DNA of 64,000 bases, taken from Peptococcia bacterium. Its GTDB lineage: Bacteria > Bacillota > Peptococcia > DRI-13 > DTU073. Shown piece by piece: positions 45,646-54,869 of this stretch. The stretch is from assembly GCA_050951565.1 (NCBI GenBank), contig JBMNJH010000008.1:11111-75110 (forward strand), written 5' to 3'. A program made the position numbers and the translations under genes. Under the pieces are notes generated by a model. It ran no database searches, had not been told where the DNA came from, and saw nothing but the letters and a program-made list of their open reading frames with translations. The number at the start of each line of letters is the position of its first letter. The first letter of the stretch is position 1.

Positions 45646-45675
45646 GCTGCTAAAAACCTCCTTTCAGAACTACCT

Positions 45676-46719
45676 TTACTTAAAACGATGCGGACAACCT
45701 TGGTGAGGACGTTTGCCTCTTTGCTCGGCCTCTTTTTTCGTCATGATGATAATCTGGCTGCCTAAATAGTCACAATGCCGCAAGGTATGATATACCGGGG
45801 TATCGGATTTGCACACATATACTTCCTGGTCTTCCTCCTCCCTGTCTTTCCCCTTCCCACTGCCCTTTCCTTTATCCTCAGGGTCTTTAAACAAAGTCAG
45901 GTCTACTTTTTCCTCGCTCCTGGCGGCGGTATAGATGCCATTACTTCCCTTGAGCCAGGCTTTTTCCACCGCCGTATGCCGCAAAAACAACTCCTGCTGG
46001 CCGAAAAAAGGCAAAGGGATGGAAAAAGCATACTCTACCTGCACGATTGCGTCCTGATGGTCGAAATCCTGATCCGCTTGCAAGCCGGTCCGGTCATAAT
46101 AGCCCTGTGCTTTCTTGAACTGGTATTCGGCCTTGCCTTGCGGCAATTCCACCAGCTTAAGCTGCAGCTTGTCGCGATTAATCGTACTTCCGGCCAGCTT
46201 CTTTTCCAACATTTCCTGAACCAAAAGATATTGCCCCGCGCTTTTTAGCTCCACCAGCGCCGGCAAAAAATGATTCACAATCATCCCCTGGAAGCCTTTT
46301 TCCAGGTCGCTTTGGATAGTCTTGCCGATGTCTTGCCAACACTTTTCCAAATCAGGCTCGGCAGCCTCGCCGGTCAAAATCATCGTAATCAGCGATTCTT
46401 TGGCAAGCTGGTTCGCTTTCCCTTTGGCTTTGTCCGCTTCCTTGGGAATGAAGTTTTCCAGGATTTTGGACTGAGCCGTTTGGCTATCCAGATAATCATT
46501 GGCAAAACGGAGAGGATAAGCCGACGCCGCCAACTGCCGCGCCGTGTCTTTGACGGCGTGGTCCAACTCAATGTTGATACAGGCAATTTTCACAAAGAAA
46601 AGCAGCAGGAAAAAGAAGCATAGAAAAACCGGCAGCGCCAGGCAGGCTTCCACCGTAAGCGAGCCTTGATTCTTTTTCCGCAAGCTGTTCAACTTTGGCC
46701 CCAAAAAACTCTTGCCCAT
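45676..46719 (-). CDS. TadE-like pseudopilin-type protein with C-terminal Cys/His module
   Basis: Start moved to MGKSFLG... after GGAAAGGAG. N-terminal QGSLTVEACLALPVFLCFFFLL (TadE motif). C-terminus VCKSDTPVYHTLRHCDYL...GCPH. Confidence 0.7.
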   Translation of the reverse strand: MGKSFLGPKLNSLRKKNQGSLTVEACLALPVFLCFFFLLLFFVKIACINIELDHAVKDTARQLAASAYPLRFANDYLDSQTAQSKILENFIPKEADKAKGKANQLAKESLITMILTGEAAEPDLEKCWQDIGKTIQSDLEKGFQGMIVNHFLPALVELKSAGQYLLVQEMLEKKLAGSTINRDKLQLKLVELPQGKAEYQFKKAQGYYDRTGLQADQDFDHQDAIVQVEYAFSIPLPFFGQQELFLRHTAVEKAWLKGSNGIYTAARSEEKVDLTLFKDPEDKGKGSGKGKDREEEDQEVYVCKSDTPVYHTLRHCDYLGSQIIIMTKKEAEQRGKRPHQGCPHRFK

Positions 46720-46738
46720 GGTGCGCTCCTTTCCCCGG

Positions 46739-48754
46739 CTAGTATTGGGCCAGCGCGGTTTTTTTGATGATGTATCTGTTGCCTTGCACCTGCGGAAGGC
46801 CAAACTTGTCTAACTGTAAAAGCGAGGCAAACCACAAATCAATACTGATTTCCGCCGTGGCTTCCACCCTGGTCCCATAATCCTTTAAGAGGAAGGCCTC
46901 CTTCGTTTGCCGGATGTTAATCTGCATCAGTTGCCTGATCCGGTCCAGTTGCTCCTTTTCACTCCGCATTAATAACAGCAGGCGCAGGTGGTCGGAATAA
47001 GACAGTCTGGTGGGCAGGGTCTTCAAGCTGTCACAGAGGGGCGCCCCCCTGCCGGCGTACATATTCGTCAGGTCATTGGTGGCACAGATAAAACCTTCGA
47101 CCAGAGCCGTCCCCAAGCGGGACAAAAAGGTAGGCGCGGGATTGGTGAAGAAACTGTCCACCACATTAACCGCAAAGCGCAACTGCCAAATGGATAAAAA
47201 GGCCAGGAAGATATTGTCCCGTTCAGCGGGTCTTCCGAAAAGGATGTATTCCACCTCGCCTTTGTTGAAATAGTGACCTCTTTGGGTCGGCGAGGTGATA
47301 AAAGTATGTTTGTCCATGATGTATTCGGTAAGATAGATTTTTTCCACTCCGCCAATGGCGATTTGTTGCAGGGTGGCGGTTAATTCCTTCAGATAAGTGA
47401 AAACGTTTTCCTCCAGTTCCCCCGCAGCCTTTTCATTCCATTGCGCCATTTTTTCGTCATAAGCAAACATCCCCTGCTCCTGCGCCGGCGGCTGGGATGC
47501 ACCACGGTTGTTGGCCGCCCGGAACTCCTCGTCCGTAATCAGCCGGGTCACCGGATTGCCGGCGCTGATTTTTCGTCCGAGGAAGGCCTCCACTTGTTCG
47601 CGCAAGAACTCCTTGGCTTTTTTTTCCGTTTTTTCCAAAGCAGGCGGCAACTTATTCTGGATGGACAAATCACTGATTTGCGGCAAGGGCTTTAACTGCT
47701 GGTTGAGCGCTTTGATTTCAGCGCGCAGCTGCTTTCTTTTTTCCCGGGCCGCCTGGGTAGATTCTCCCGCCTGCGCTAAGGCGGCAATCTCCTCCGTTAA
47801 GGCTTGCTCTTCCTCTTCCAGTTCGGCAATTTGCTCTAAAAGCGCACGGTTATGTTTAATAATTCCCGGCAGTTCCTGCAATTCTTTTTTTAAGGTTTGC
47901 AGGTCCGGGGGCAGAGTAAACTTGCCCCCTTGCGCCTTTACCGCGGGAGTATTGCCGGCATTGCCCTCACCGCCCGGAGCGCCGGTGCCGCTTTCCTCAT
48001 CGCTGTCTGCGCGCCAAGCCTCCGTAACAGCCGTTTCTATTTCCTGCACTTGCCGGTTATTCGCCTGCAGTTGCTTTTCGTATTCCTTCATCAGGGCCGC
48101 CAAATCTTTTTGCGCCTGCTCGATGGTTTCCAGGTCCAGCAACTGGTCCAGCGCTTTTTTCGCACTGTTCCGCGTGGCATTTTTAAGCGCTTTTTTCAGG
48201 TCCACCTGCGTAATTAAAATACTGTCCAGGGTTTTTCCCGAAGGCTGGGCGCTTTCCAGCAAATCGGCTTTCTTCCCGAAGGCTCCTTTTAAAAAAATGT
48301 CCAGCACATTCTGGGTGACCATCACCGGAGCCTTGTATTTCATGTATTCCATGATTTGTTCCTGAAAAGCCCCGTCATTCAAAAGGCTTTTTTCCACTTT
48401 CCCCGTTATTTTCAAATCATCCTGGTTAAACCGCAGGAAATGAAAAGTCTCCTCTTTTTCTATCAAATTAACCAGAAAGTACCTTTGCAAGTCCTCGGCC
48501 TGCCGGGTCGTGTAAGGGACACCATAAATCCCGTACTGCCCCACCAACTCCTCGTCATAGTCAGCTAAAACCGAACGGACAGCCGTGTTCAAGGCAGTCT
48601 GCACCTTACGCTCGGCCACCATGACCCGGCTGATATCCACGACCAGCCCGGCCAGCATCAGCATACCGAGAAAAATCAGAAGCAGAAAAACCGAAACCGC
48701 CCCTTGTTCTGTTTTGAAAAAGCTCCTTCCTCCTCTTTGCACTGCCATCCCCAC
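46739..48754 (-). CDS. TadG-like (Flp pilus assembly TadE/G-like N-terminus) protein with long coiled coil
   Basis: 671 aa. N-terminal EQGAVSVFLLLIFLGMLMLAGLVVD and a central Q/E/A/L/K coiled coil of about 200 aa. Confidence 0.7.
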   Translation of the reverse strand: MGMAVQRGGRSFFKTEQGAVSVFLLLIFLGMLMLAGLVVDISRVMVAERKVQTALNTAVRSVLADYDEELVGQYGIYGVPYTTRQAEDLQRYFLVNLIEKEETFHFLRFNQDDLKITGKVEKSLLNDGAFQEQIMEYMKYKAPVMVTQNVLDIFLKGAFGKKADLLESAQPSGKTLDSILITQVDLKKALKNATRNSAKKALDQLLDLETIEQAQKDLAALMKEYEKQLQANNRQVQEIETAVTEAWRADSDEESGTGAPGGEGNAGNTPAVKAQGGKFTLPPDLQTLKKELQELPGIIKHNRALLEQIAELEEEEQALTEEIAALAQAGESTQAAREKRKQLRAEIKALNQQLKPLPQISDLSIQNKLPPALEKTEKKAKEFLREQVEAFLGRKISAGNPVTRLITDEEFRAANNRGASQPPAQEQGMFAYDEKMAQWNEKAAGELEENVFTYLKELTATLQQIAIGGVEKIYLTEYIMDKHTFITSPTQRGHYFNKGEVEYILFGRPAERDNIFLAFLSIWQLRFAVNVVDSFFTNPAPTFLSRLGTALVEGFICATNDLTNMYAGRGAPLCDSLKTLPTRLSYSDHLRLLLLMRSEKEQLDRIRQLMQINIRQTKEAFLLKDYGTRVEATAEISIDLWFASLLQLDKFGLPQVQGNRYIIKKTALAQY

Positions 48755-48778
48755 TTTTTAGCCCATTTATGCCCCGTT

Positions 48779-49459
48779 TTATTGCTTTTGCTCTTTAGGC
48801 GTTGCCGCTTTTTGCACTTTGCCCATTAAGGCGGAAAAATCGAATTTTTCCTTGGCCTTGCTGGCGTATTCGATGGCCAGGTCCACGTTCCGGATCATTT
48901 CCGCCGGTTCGGTAATCACGGCGCTGCTTTCAGCGTAGAGCGTCGCCGTGGCTTTGCCGTCAAAAAGCTTTTTCCACCGGCCAAAGGGAATCCGTACTTC
49001 CTGCGTAATCTCCACCTGGATTTTCCGCAGGATTAAACCGCCCTGGTAGGATACTTTGACCGTGGTCTTTTCCGGTTCCCTGAGCCAGCGCACCAGTTGG
49101 GGAAAAGTGTTTTTCAAAACTACCGCCAGCTTTTGTTCTACGCCCTCCGGCGTTATCTGCGCCTCCGGGAAAGCCCCCTGGAGCTTCTTTTGGTCAATAG
49201 CGCCGGCAATGGTTTTTTCCACGGCCTTTTCCCCGCCGATTATTTCAAAAACCCGGTAATAGGGGTTGTTTTCTCTTGTCCAGTCATTTGCCGCCAACTC
49301 CGCAATTTCGGCCGCGGCTTTCGTTAAAAGCACCCGGTGGTACATGAGCATAAAGGAAAAACAAAGTAAAAAGAGCGCAAACAGTACCGCCGACATCAGC
49401 AAGACCGCTTCTACCGTGAAGCTTCCCTGCTGGTTAACACCCATTCGTTGAAACTTCAT
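48779..49459 (-). CDS. TadE-like protein
   Basis: Start moved to MKFQRMGVNQQGSFTVEAVLLMSAVLFALFLL after GGGAGGAAG. Confidence 0.7.
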   Translation of the reverse strand: MKFQRMGVNQQGSFTVEAVLLMSAVLFALFLLCFSFMLMYHRVLLTKAAAEIAELAANDWTRENNPYYRVFEIIGGEKAVEKTIAGAIDQKKLQGAFPEAQITPEGVEQKLAVVLKNTFPQLVRWLREPEKTTVKVSYQGGLILRKIQVEITQEVRIPFGRWKKLFDGKATATLYAESSAVITEPAEMIRNVDLAIEYASKAKEKFDFSALMGKVQKAATPKEQKQ

Positions 49460-49645
49460 CCAGGCTTCCTCCCGTAAAAGTCCGATTTCACTCCTGTCCG
49501 GCCAGGCTTTCAGCCCCCGGGCAGGAGTGAAATCCGCCCCAACAGGGCGCATGCCAACAAACAAACAAGCAAATAAGTTGAAAATAATGAACAGCCAACT
49601 TAAAAAAGATCAGAAATACAGGATTCCGGTTTTAAGAGGCAAGGC

Positions 49646-49858
49646 TTAAGGAGTACTTGTGCCTCCCCCGGTACTTGGCGCAATGGATTCATCAATGATT
49701 TTCGTATCAAATACTTTGGCGGTAGCCGCGCTTACAAAATTGGTGATTTGTCCCCGGAAAAGCAAGGCGACGCCAACCAAAACAGCGATAATAATCACGA
49801 TTTCTACTGTGCCCATTCCCTCTTCTTTTTTCCAGATGTTTTGCCAAAAACGTCTCAT
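49646..49858 (-). CDS. Flp family type IVb pilin
   Basis: Start moved to MRRFWQNIWKKEEG/MGTVEIVIIIAVLVGVALLF (Flp G/xxxxE-hydrophobic motif). SD GAAGGGAGG 9 nt upstream. Confidence 0.8.
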   Translation of the reverse strand: MRRFWQNIWKKEEGMGTVEIVIIIAVLVGVALLFRGQITNFVSAATAKVFDTKIIDESIAPSTGGGTSTP

Positions 49859-49964
49859 TCTGTCCACCTCCCTTCAAAAAGATGCGGGTGTATATATGAA
49901 AAGCCAAAGCTGACTAAAGCTGGCTATAGCCCCGGCATGACCGACACCGCAGGCAGGACCACAA

Positions 49965-50852
49965 TTAGATTCCCTGCATGGCCAACACCGCCGGCATGGC
50001 CACAATCAGCAGAATCGCGATAAACATCAGCATCATCGGAAAAAGCAGTTTCGTCGAAGCTTCTTCCCCCAGGCGTTTGGCGGCATTCTTCCGCATTTCC
50101 CAGCATTCCGCCGCCTGCAGCCTTAAAACCGGGACCAGTTCCGCACTGCCCTTTTTCTGATTTTGCAGCACCACCGCGGTGAACCTGGATATTTCCGGCA
50201 CCCGGAGCCGCCGGGCAAAGTCTTCGTACGCCTGGGATTCCGGTTTCCCGCTGTTGATCTCATAAATGACCCGCTCCACTTCCCGGTACAGGAAAGTGTC
50301 TTTCTGCTTGGCCCTGGCAATCCGTTCCCAGGCGTTTTGTAGCGTCAAACCGGCGTTGATTAACAAAATGAGTTTGTTCAAAAAGTCCGGAAAATCCAAC
50401 TGGACGGTCAGCCGGCGCTGGATGGCCTTCTTTTTTAAATCATAATCGGGAGCCAGGAAAAGCGCCCCTAAAAGGCAAAGGGAAAAGACCCCCAGCACGG
50501 CATCTACTGCGCCGAGCGCCGCCAGGAAAAAAGAAACTAGCAAGACCCCTAACAACAGGTAAGCCAGCTTGTTCGCCCAGAAAACCTGTAAAAAATAGCG
50601 GGCGTTAGTGGAGCCATAAAGCTCTAACAAGTGCTTATGCAGTCCCTGGTCATAGGGCGTGGAGTATTTATAGCGAACCGCCTGCAAAAGCGCATGGCCC
50701 ATCGCCAGGAGGCTTTGGGGCAGCGGAAATTCTTCTTTATCCAGCGCGGCAAAAAAGGAAAGATACTGCCGGGCGTGCCGGTAAAGCACAAAAAAGGCAA
50801 TTAAGACAAGCAAAAAAACAACCTGAACATAGGAAAAACCCGCTGCGCTCAT
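49965..50852 (-). CDS. Type II secretion system F family protein (TadC-like)
   Basis: 295 aa. Polytopic with a cytoplasmic GspF-type helical domain. Position after the TadB-like gene. Confidence 0.8.
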   Translation of the reverse strand: MSAAGFSYVQVVFLLVLIAFFVLYRHARQYLSFFAALDKEEFPLPQSLLAMGHALLQAVRYKYSTPYDQGLHKHLLELYGSTNARYFLQVFWANKLAYLLLGVLLVSFFLAALGAVDAVLGVFSLCLLGALFLAPDYDLKKKAIQRRLTVQLDFPDFLNKLILLINAGLTLQNAWERIARAKQKDTFLYREVERVIYEINSGKPESQAYEDFARRLRVPEISRFTAVVLQNQKKGSAELVPVLRLQAAECWEMRKNAAKRLGEEASTKLLFPMMLMFIAILLIVAMPAVLAMQGI

Positions 50853-50854
50853 GC

Positions 50855-51844
50855 TTACACCTCAATTCTCATAATCTTCCCGGAAATGTAGAAAGCAAGA
50901 CCCAACAGGAACACCGCCACCGTCATGGCCATCCGGCCGGCAGCCGTTTCAAAGACCGGCACCATGTAATCCCCGGTGGACCAACTGAGCAGGAGAATCA
51001 TGGCAATGGGCATAATATTCAGGATCTTGCGCTCAAACTTCCTTTCCGCAAGGATGGTGTCAATTTCCTGTTTAATCTGCAGCTTGTCGCCGATAATGGC
51101 CGACGTATTCTTGATAATCTCCACAATATTGCCGCCGGTCCTTTTGCTGATCACAAACACATCCACAAAATTGTCAATGTCCTCGATGTGGGCCCGCCGG
51201 GCGAAATCCGCCAGGGCATCCTCAATCGTCTCGTTCATTTCCAGGCGGCGGACAATGTAACTTAATTCCTTGATAATCGGGGTGTCGGGCGACGGATAGA
51301 CCACGGTCAGGTCCTTTAAGGCCTCTTTAAAGGCCGCCTCTACCGAGCGCCCGGCGGACAGGGAAGAAGAAAGAGCATACAAGGCTTCCTTAAACTGCAT
51401 CGTTAATTCCCGTTTTCGCTCCGCAATAATCTCTTTCGTCTTGTACCGGGGGTAAAAAAAGGCCAGGGGCGTAACCAGGACCGCCAGGAAAAGACTCCGG
51501 TAAAAGACATAGGCCAGGAAAAAGCAAAAGGCAGCGGCCAGTCCGAAGTAAAACAACCATTCCTGCTTCCTCATTTGATAAACACCATAATCCGGTAACA
51601 GCTCTTTCTTAGGCTGGACCGTCGGTTGAGATAAATTGGCCACGGCGCTGGGTTCATTTCCCGGGCAATAGGTTCCTTCATCCTGTGCCGGGTCCTCCTG
51701 GCATTGTTCCGGCCGGACACGATTGTGCAGAACCCTTTTGAGCAAGGCCGGTCCCTGCGGGGTATTTTTATCCGCAAACAGTATTTTTGCGCATAAACCC
51801 ACGGACAAAAGGCTTGCCGCCACAACAATAAGCAAAAAATACAT
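50855..51844 (-). CDS. Type II secretion system F family protein (TadB-like)
   Basis: 329 aa. N-terminal TM, GspF-type domain, C-terminal TM pair. Confidence 0.8.
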   Translation of the reverse strand: MYFLLIVVAASLLSVGLCAKILFADKNTPQGPALLKRVLHNRVRPEQCQEDPAQDEGTYCPGNEPSAVANLSQPTVQPKKELLPDYGVYQMRKQEWLFYFGLAAAFCFFLAYVFYRSLFLAVLVTPLAFFYPRYKTKEIIAERKRELTMQFKEALYALSSSLSAGRSVEAAFKEALKDLTVVYPSPDTPIIKELSYIVRRLEMNETIEDALADFARRAHIEDIDNFVDVFVISKRTGGNIVEIIKNTSAIIGDKLQIKQEIDTILAERKFERKILNIMPIAMILLLSWSTGDYMVPVFETAAGRMAMTVAVFLLGLAFYISGKIMRIEV

Positions 51845-51918
51845 CCTCTTTCCTCCCTTGTACGCTCAACAGCTAAAACATTTAGTCCTGTAGTTACCAA
51901 TGCTGACCTTTAGGCCTT

Positions 51919-53166
51919 TTACACCTCTTCCGGAAGTCCGGCCATTTTCAGCTTGTAGGTACGCAAAAACCGGTTCGGGGTCCTCTCCAGGGTCCCTTCA
52001 ACCTTGCCCGGATCCTGCGCTTTAGGCCCTTCCGCTTCCCGGAAAACAAAGAGGGGGTTAAGCTTGATTTCGCCGTTCTGGTAGCCGACTACCTCGCTGA
52101 TTTCCAGGACGCGCCGGGATTTGTCCCTTAGCCGACCCAAATGAATAATCAGGTCGATGGCCGAGGCGATCTGCTGCCGGATGGCTTCCAAAGGAAGGGC
52201 GGCCGCCATCAGGACCATGGTTTCCAGGCGGCTGAACATATCTTTCGTGGAATTGGCGTGGCCGGTGGATAAGGAACCGTCATGGCCGGTGTTCATGGCC
52301 TGCAGCATATCCAAAGCCTCCTCGCCCCTCACCTCGCCCACAATAATCCGGTCCGGACGCATCCGTAAAGAGGTTTTGATTAAATCCCGCATGGTAATCT
52401 GCCCTTTTCCTTCCGTATTGGCATTCCTGGTTTCCAGGCGCACAATATTTTTCACGTTGGTAATCTGCAATTCTGCCGAATCCTCAATGGTCACAATCCG
52501 TTCATCGGCCGGGATAAAATTGGAAAGCACATTTAAAAAAGTGGTTTTCCCGGAACTGGTGCCGCCGGAAATGAAAATGTTGTATTTGGCCTTCACCAGG
52601 CGTTCCAATACCGCCGCGGCCTGCTCACTAACAGTGCCCAAAGCAATAAACTGCTCCATGGTCATCGGCTTGTCCGGGAACTTCCGGATGGTCAAAATCG
52701 GCCCGTTTAAGGCAATAGGCGTCAAGACCACGCTGACCCGGGACCCGTCCGCCAGGCGGGCGTCCACAATCGGGGAAGCCTCATTAACCGTGCGGTTCAC
52801 TTTCGAAACAATGGACTGGATGACGTCCTCCAGCTTTTCCCGGTCCGCAAAAGCCAGGGGAAGCTGGCTGATTTCACCCTCTCTTTCCACAAAGATATGC
52901 TCCGGTCCGTTGACCATAATCTCCGTCACCGCCGGATCGTCCAGGAGCGGTTGAATAATATCCAGCCGGCGCATGGAATTAAAAATATAGCTGATTAAGT
53001 ACTGCTTTTCCTCCACACTGATGTAAGTTTCCCTGGCTTTTTCGAAAACAGCCCTGGTGATGATTTCTTCGATCTCTTCATCACCCAACTCTTTTTGTAA
53101 ATCAAGGTTCTCGTTGATGATTCTTTTAATGTCCTGAATTAATCCCGGTTCCACCTGAAAATTCAT
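51919..53166 (-). CDS. CpaF/TadA family secretion ATPase
   Basis: Walker A GGTSSGKTT, Asp box IVTIEDSAEL, Walker B RIIVGEVRG, His box TGHDGSLSTGHA. Confidence 0.92.
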   Translation of the reverse strand: MNFQVEPGLIQDIKRIINENLDLQKELGDEEIEEIITRAVFEKARETYISVEEKQYLISYIFNSMRRLDIIQPLLDDPAVTEIMVNGPEHIFVEREGEISQLPLAFADREKLEDVIQSIVSKVNRTVNEASPIVDARLADGSRVSVVLTPIALNGPILTIRKFPDKPMTMEQFIALGTVSEQAAAVLERLVKAKYNIFISGGTSSGKTTFLNVLSNFIPADERIVTIEDSAELQITNVKNIVRLETRNANTEGKGQITMRDLIKTSLRMRPDRIIVGEVRGEEALDMLQAMNTGHDGSLSTGHANSTKDMFSRLETMVLMAAALPLEAIRQQIASAIDLIIHLGRLRDKSRRVLEISEVVGYQNGEIKLNPLFVFREAEGPKAQDPGKVEGTLERTPNRFLRTYKLKMAGLPEEV

Positions 53167-53334
53167 GCCTTTCCCTCCACTAAACTACTCTGCCGAAGCA
53201 CTCCCTACTGACTAACGCTCTGCCGAACCGCCTCCACCGAATAAGCCTCCTCCGAATAACTCCTCCGCCTCATCACGTTTGCGCTTAAAATTCCTCCCCT
53301 GCCCAACAGCGCCGCTTTGTGTTGAACAGACCGG

Positions 53335-54480
53335 TCAATCCTCGCAGGCTTGCAACAGACTATACAGCGCTTTTCCAAATTCGCTGTTCAAATCAAGCCG
53401 GTAGCCCCCGTTTTGCAGCAGGGCCAATCCTTGCACCAGGGGAATTTTGAAAAATGTTCCTTTACTGAGGCCGGACCAGGCTTCCTGGACGTATTGCCTT
53501 TCCGGGTCTTCGGGAAGGCCTTTGGCCACCTTATTCAGCACAAAAACAAATTTATCTCTGATGTCCCAGCCTTCGCGGGAACTTAACAAGTCCAGTTCCC
53601 GGAACAACTGTTGCAGTTTGACCAGGGAGGTCATGTTGGGTTCCGCGACCAGGATAATCCGGTCACAGGCCTGCAACACGGCCAGATTATTCCGGTTGAC
53701 CTCGGTGGACAGATCCACAAAAATGCGGTCATACTGGCCACTGCCGCTTAATTCCCGCAAGAGCAGCCGGAGCTCCGTCGCGATATCCTCCTTGAAATCA
53801 ATGACGTTGTCCGGGGGCTGGTAGTAGGCAATTTTCGTAAGAGGATCAATACACTTGGCCTTTTCCAGGTGTATTGACAGGTTTTTTCTATTGTTTTTTA
53901 GATAATACAGAATTCCAGAAAGATTCTCACGCTGTTCCCCAAAAAAATATAAGGGTACGGAAGTCATATTCTCCAGATTGAGGTAAAAACAGCTTTTCCC
54001 TTCCCAGGCCGTCTGCATGCTGGCCCCTACCGCCAGGGTGGTTTTACCGGCGCCTCCCACCGGTGAAAAAACCCCGATGGTTTTTGTTTTCCTGGGCTGA
54101 GGCGTAAAAGCGTACTCCGCAGCCGCTTCGGCCGCAAAAAGCTCTAAAAGCGCTGCCACAATGCGCTCCCCACACTGGTATTTGTAGAGCTCCTTCTTTG
54201 ACCTGGCGTTTTCATCGTTCTTTTCATCCTTTATTTCGCAAGTCAGCGCAATGACCAAAGCCTTCTTTTCCGCGGCCATCTCCTTGCAGGCGGATGCAAA
54301 CACCGGCCCCGCCAGGATGATTTCCGGAAGAACTTCTTCCTGCCAATAGCGCCGTAAGGAAGCCTCCTCCGTAAAGGTGGTGACTTCAAACTTATCCCCG
54401 TGATAGAGCATGAGATACTCGGCCAGACAGTTCACAAAGTCCTGATCATCATCCGCAATCACCAAGCTAATCCTTTTCAT
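53335..54480 (-). CDS. CpaE/TadZ-like protein: receiver-like N-domain plus ParA/MinD-type ATPase domain
   Basis: N-terminal ISLVIADDDQDF and deviant Walker A VFSPVGGAGKTT. Confidence 0.75.
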   Translation of the reverse strand: MKRISLVIADDDQDFVNCLAEYLMLYHGDKFEVTTFTEEASLRRYWQEEVLPEIILAGPVFASACKEMAAEKKALVIALTCEIKDEKNDENARSKKELYKYQCGERIVAALLELFAAEAAAEYAFTPQPRKTKTIGVFSPVGGAGKTTLAVGASMQTAWEGKSCFYLNLENMTSVPLYFFGEQRENLSGILYYLKNNRKNLSIHLEKAKCIDPLTKIAYYQPPDNVIDFKEDIATELRLLLRELSGSGQYDRIFVDLSTEVNRNNLAVLQACDRIILVAEPNMTSLVKLQQLFRELDLLSSREGWDIRDKFVFVLNKVAKGLPEDPERQYVQEAWSGLSKGTFFKIPLVQGLALLQNGGYRLDLNSEFGKALYSLLQACED

Positions 54481-54572
54481 GGACCTCCCCGCTTCATTCC
54501 TGCTATTATTGACACATATTGCTAATATTATACTATATTTTGACTACTTTGGGAATATAGTTCTTTCTTGAG

Positions 54573-54599
54573 CAAAAAAAGCGCAGAATTTCTTCTGCT
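54573..54599 (-). terminator. Rho-independent terminator ending the LevR/HPr operon
   Basis: Minus strand: GCAGAA-GAAA-TTCTGC followed by GCTTTTTTT. Confidence 0.65.
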
Positions 54600-54612
54600 G
54601 AATTTTTTCTGC

Positions 54613-54864
54613 TTATTTTTTAAAAAAGGCGTGCAGTACCTGATCCGCCAGGTGCTCATCTGCGCCTTCGATAATCAGGTTAAACTTTTCTCCCTGGGCA
54701 ATTCCCGCCGAGAGTACCGAAACAATACTTTTCGCGTTATAGCGGGTGTCTTCTTTTTCGAGATAGATGGTCGAACAAAACTTTGAGGCCAGATCAACCA
54801 ACAAAAGAGCCGGGCGAGCGTGCAGCCCGGCTTCTTTTGTCAGGATGAATTGTCTGATGATCAT
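54613..54864 (-). CDS. HPr family phosphocarrier protein (paralog 2)
   Basis: 83 aa. GLHARPA with His-15 and NAKSI with Ser-46. Confidence 0.85.
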   Translation of the reverse strand: MIIRQFILTKEAGLHARPALLLVDLASKFCSTIYLEKEDTRYNAKSIVSVLSAGIAQGEKFNLIIEGADEHLADQVLHAFFKK

Positions 54865-54869
54865 GTTGG

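Noticed and set aside
47508-48365. 285-aa plus-strand ORF inside the TadG-like gene. Similar long antisense ORFs: 52157..52954 in cpaF, 35800..36414 in dinB, 14210..14845 and 13568..14098 in the A2M-like gene, and 58679..59098 in the LevR-like gene.
   Set aside because: They have Ser/Cys/Ala/Arg-rich shadow-frame composition and lie fully inside genes with clear family motifs on the other strand.
53225-53293. 22-codon ORF MRRRSYSEEAYSVEAVRQSVSQ in the cpaE-cpaF spacer
   Set aside because: The only SD-like sequence is about 20 nt away. It is kept only as part of the repeat observation, not as a gene.
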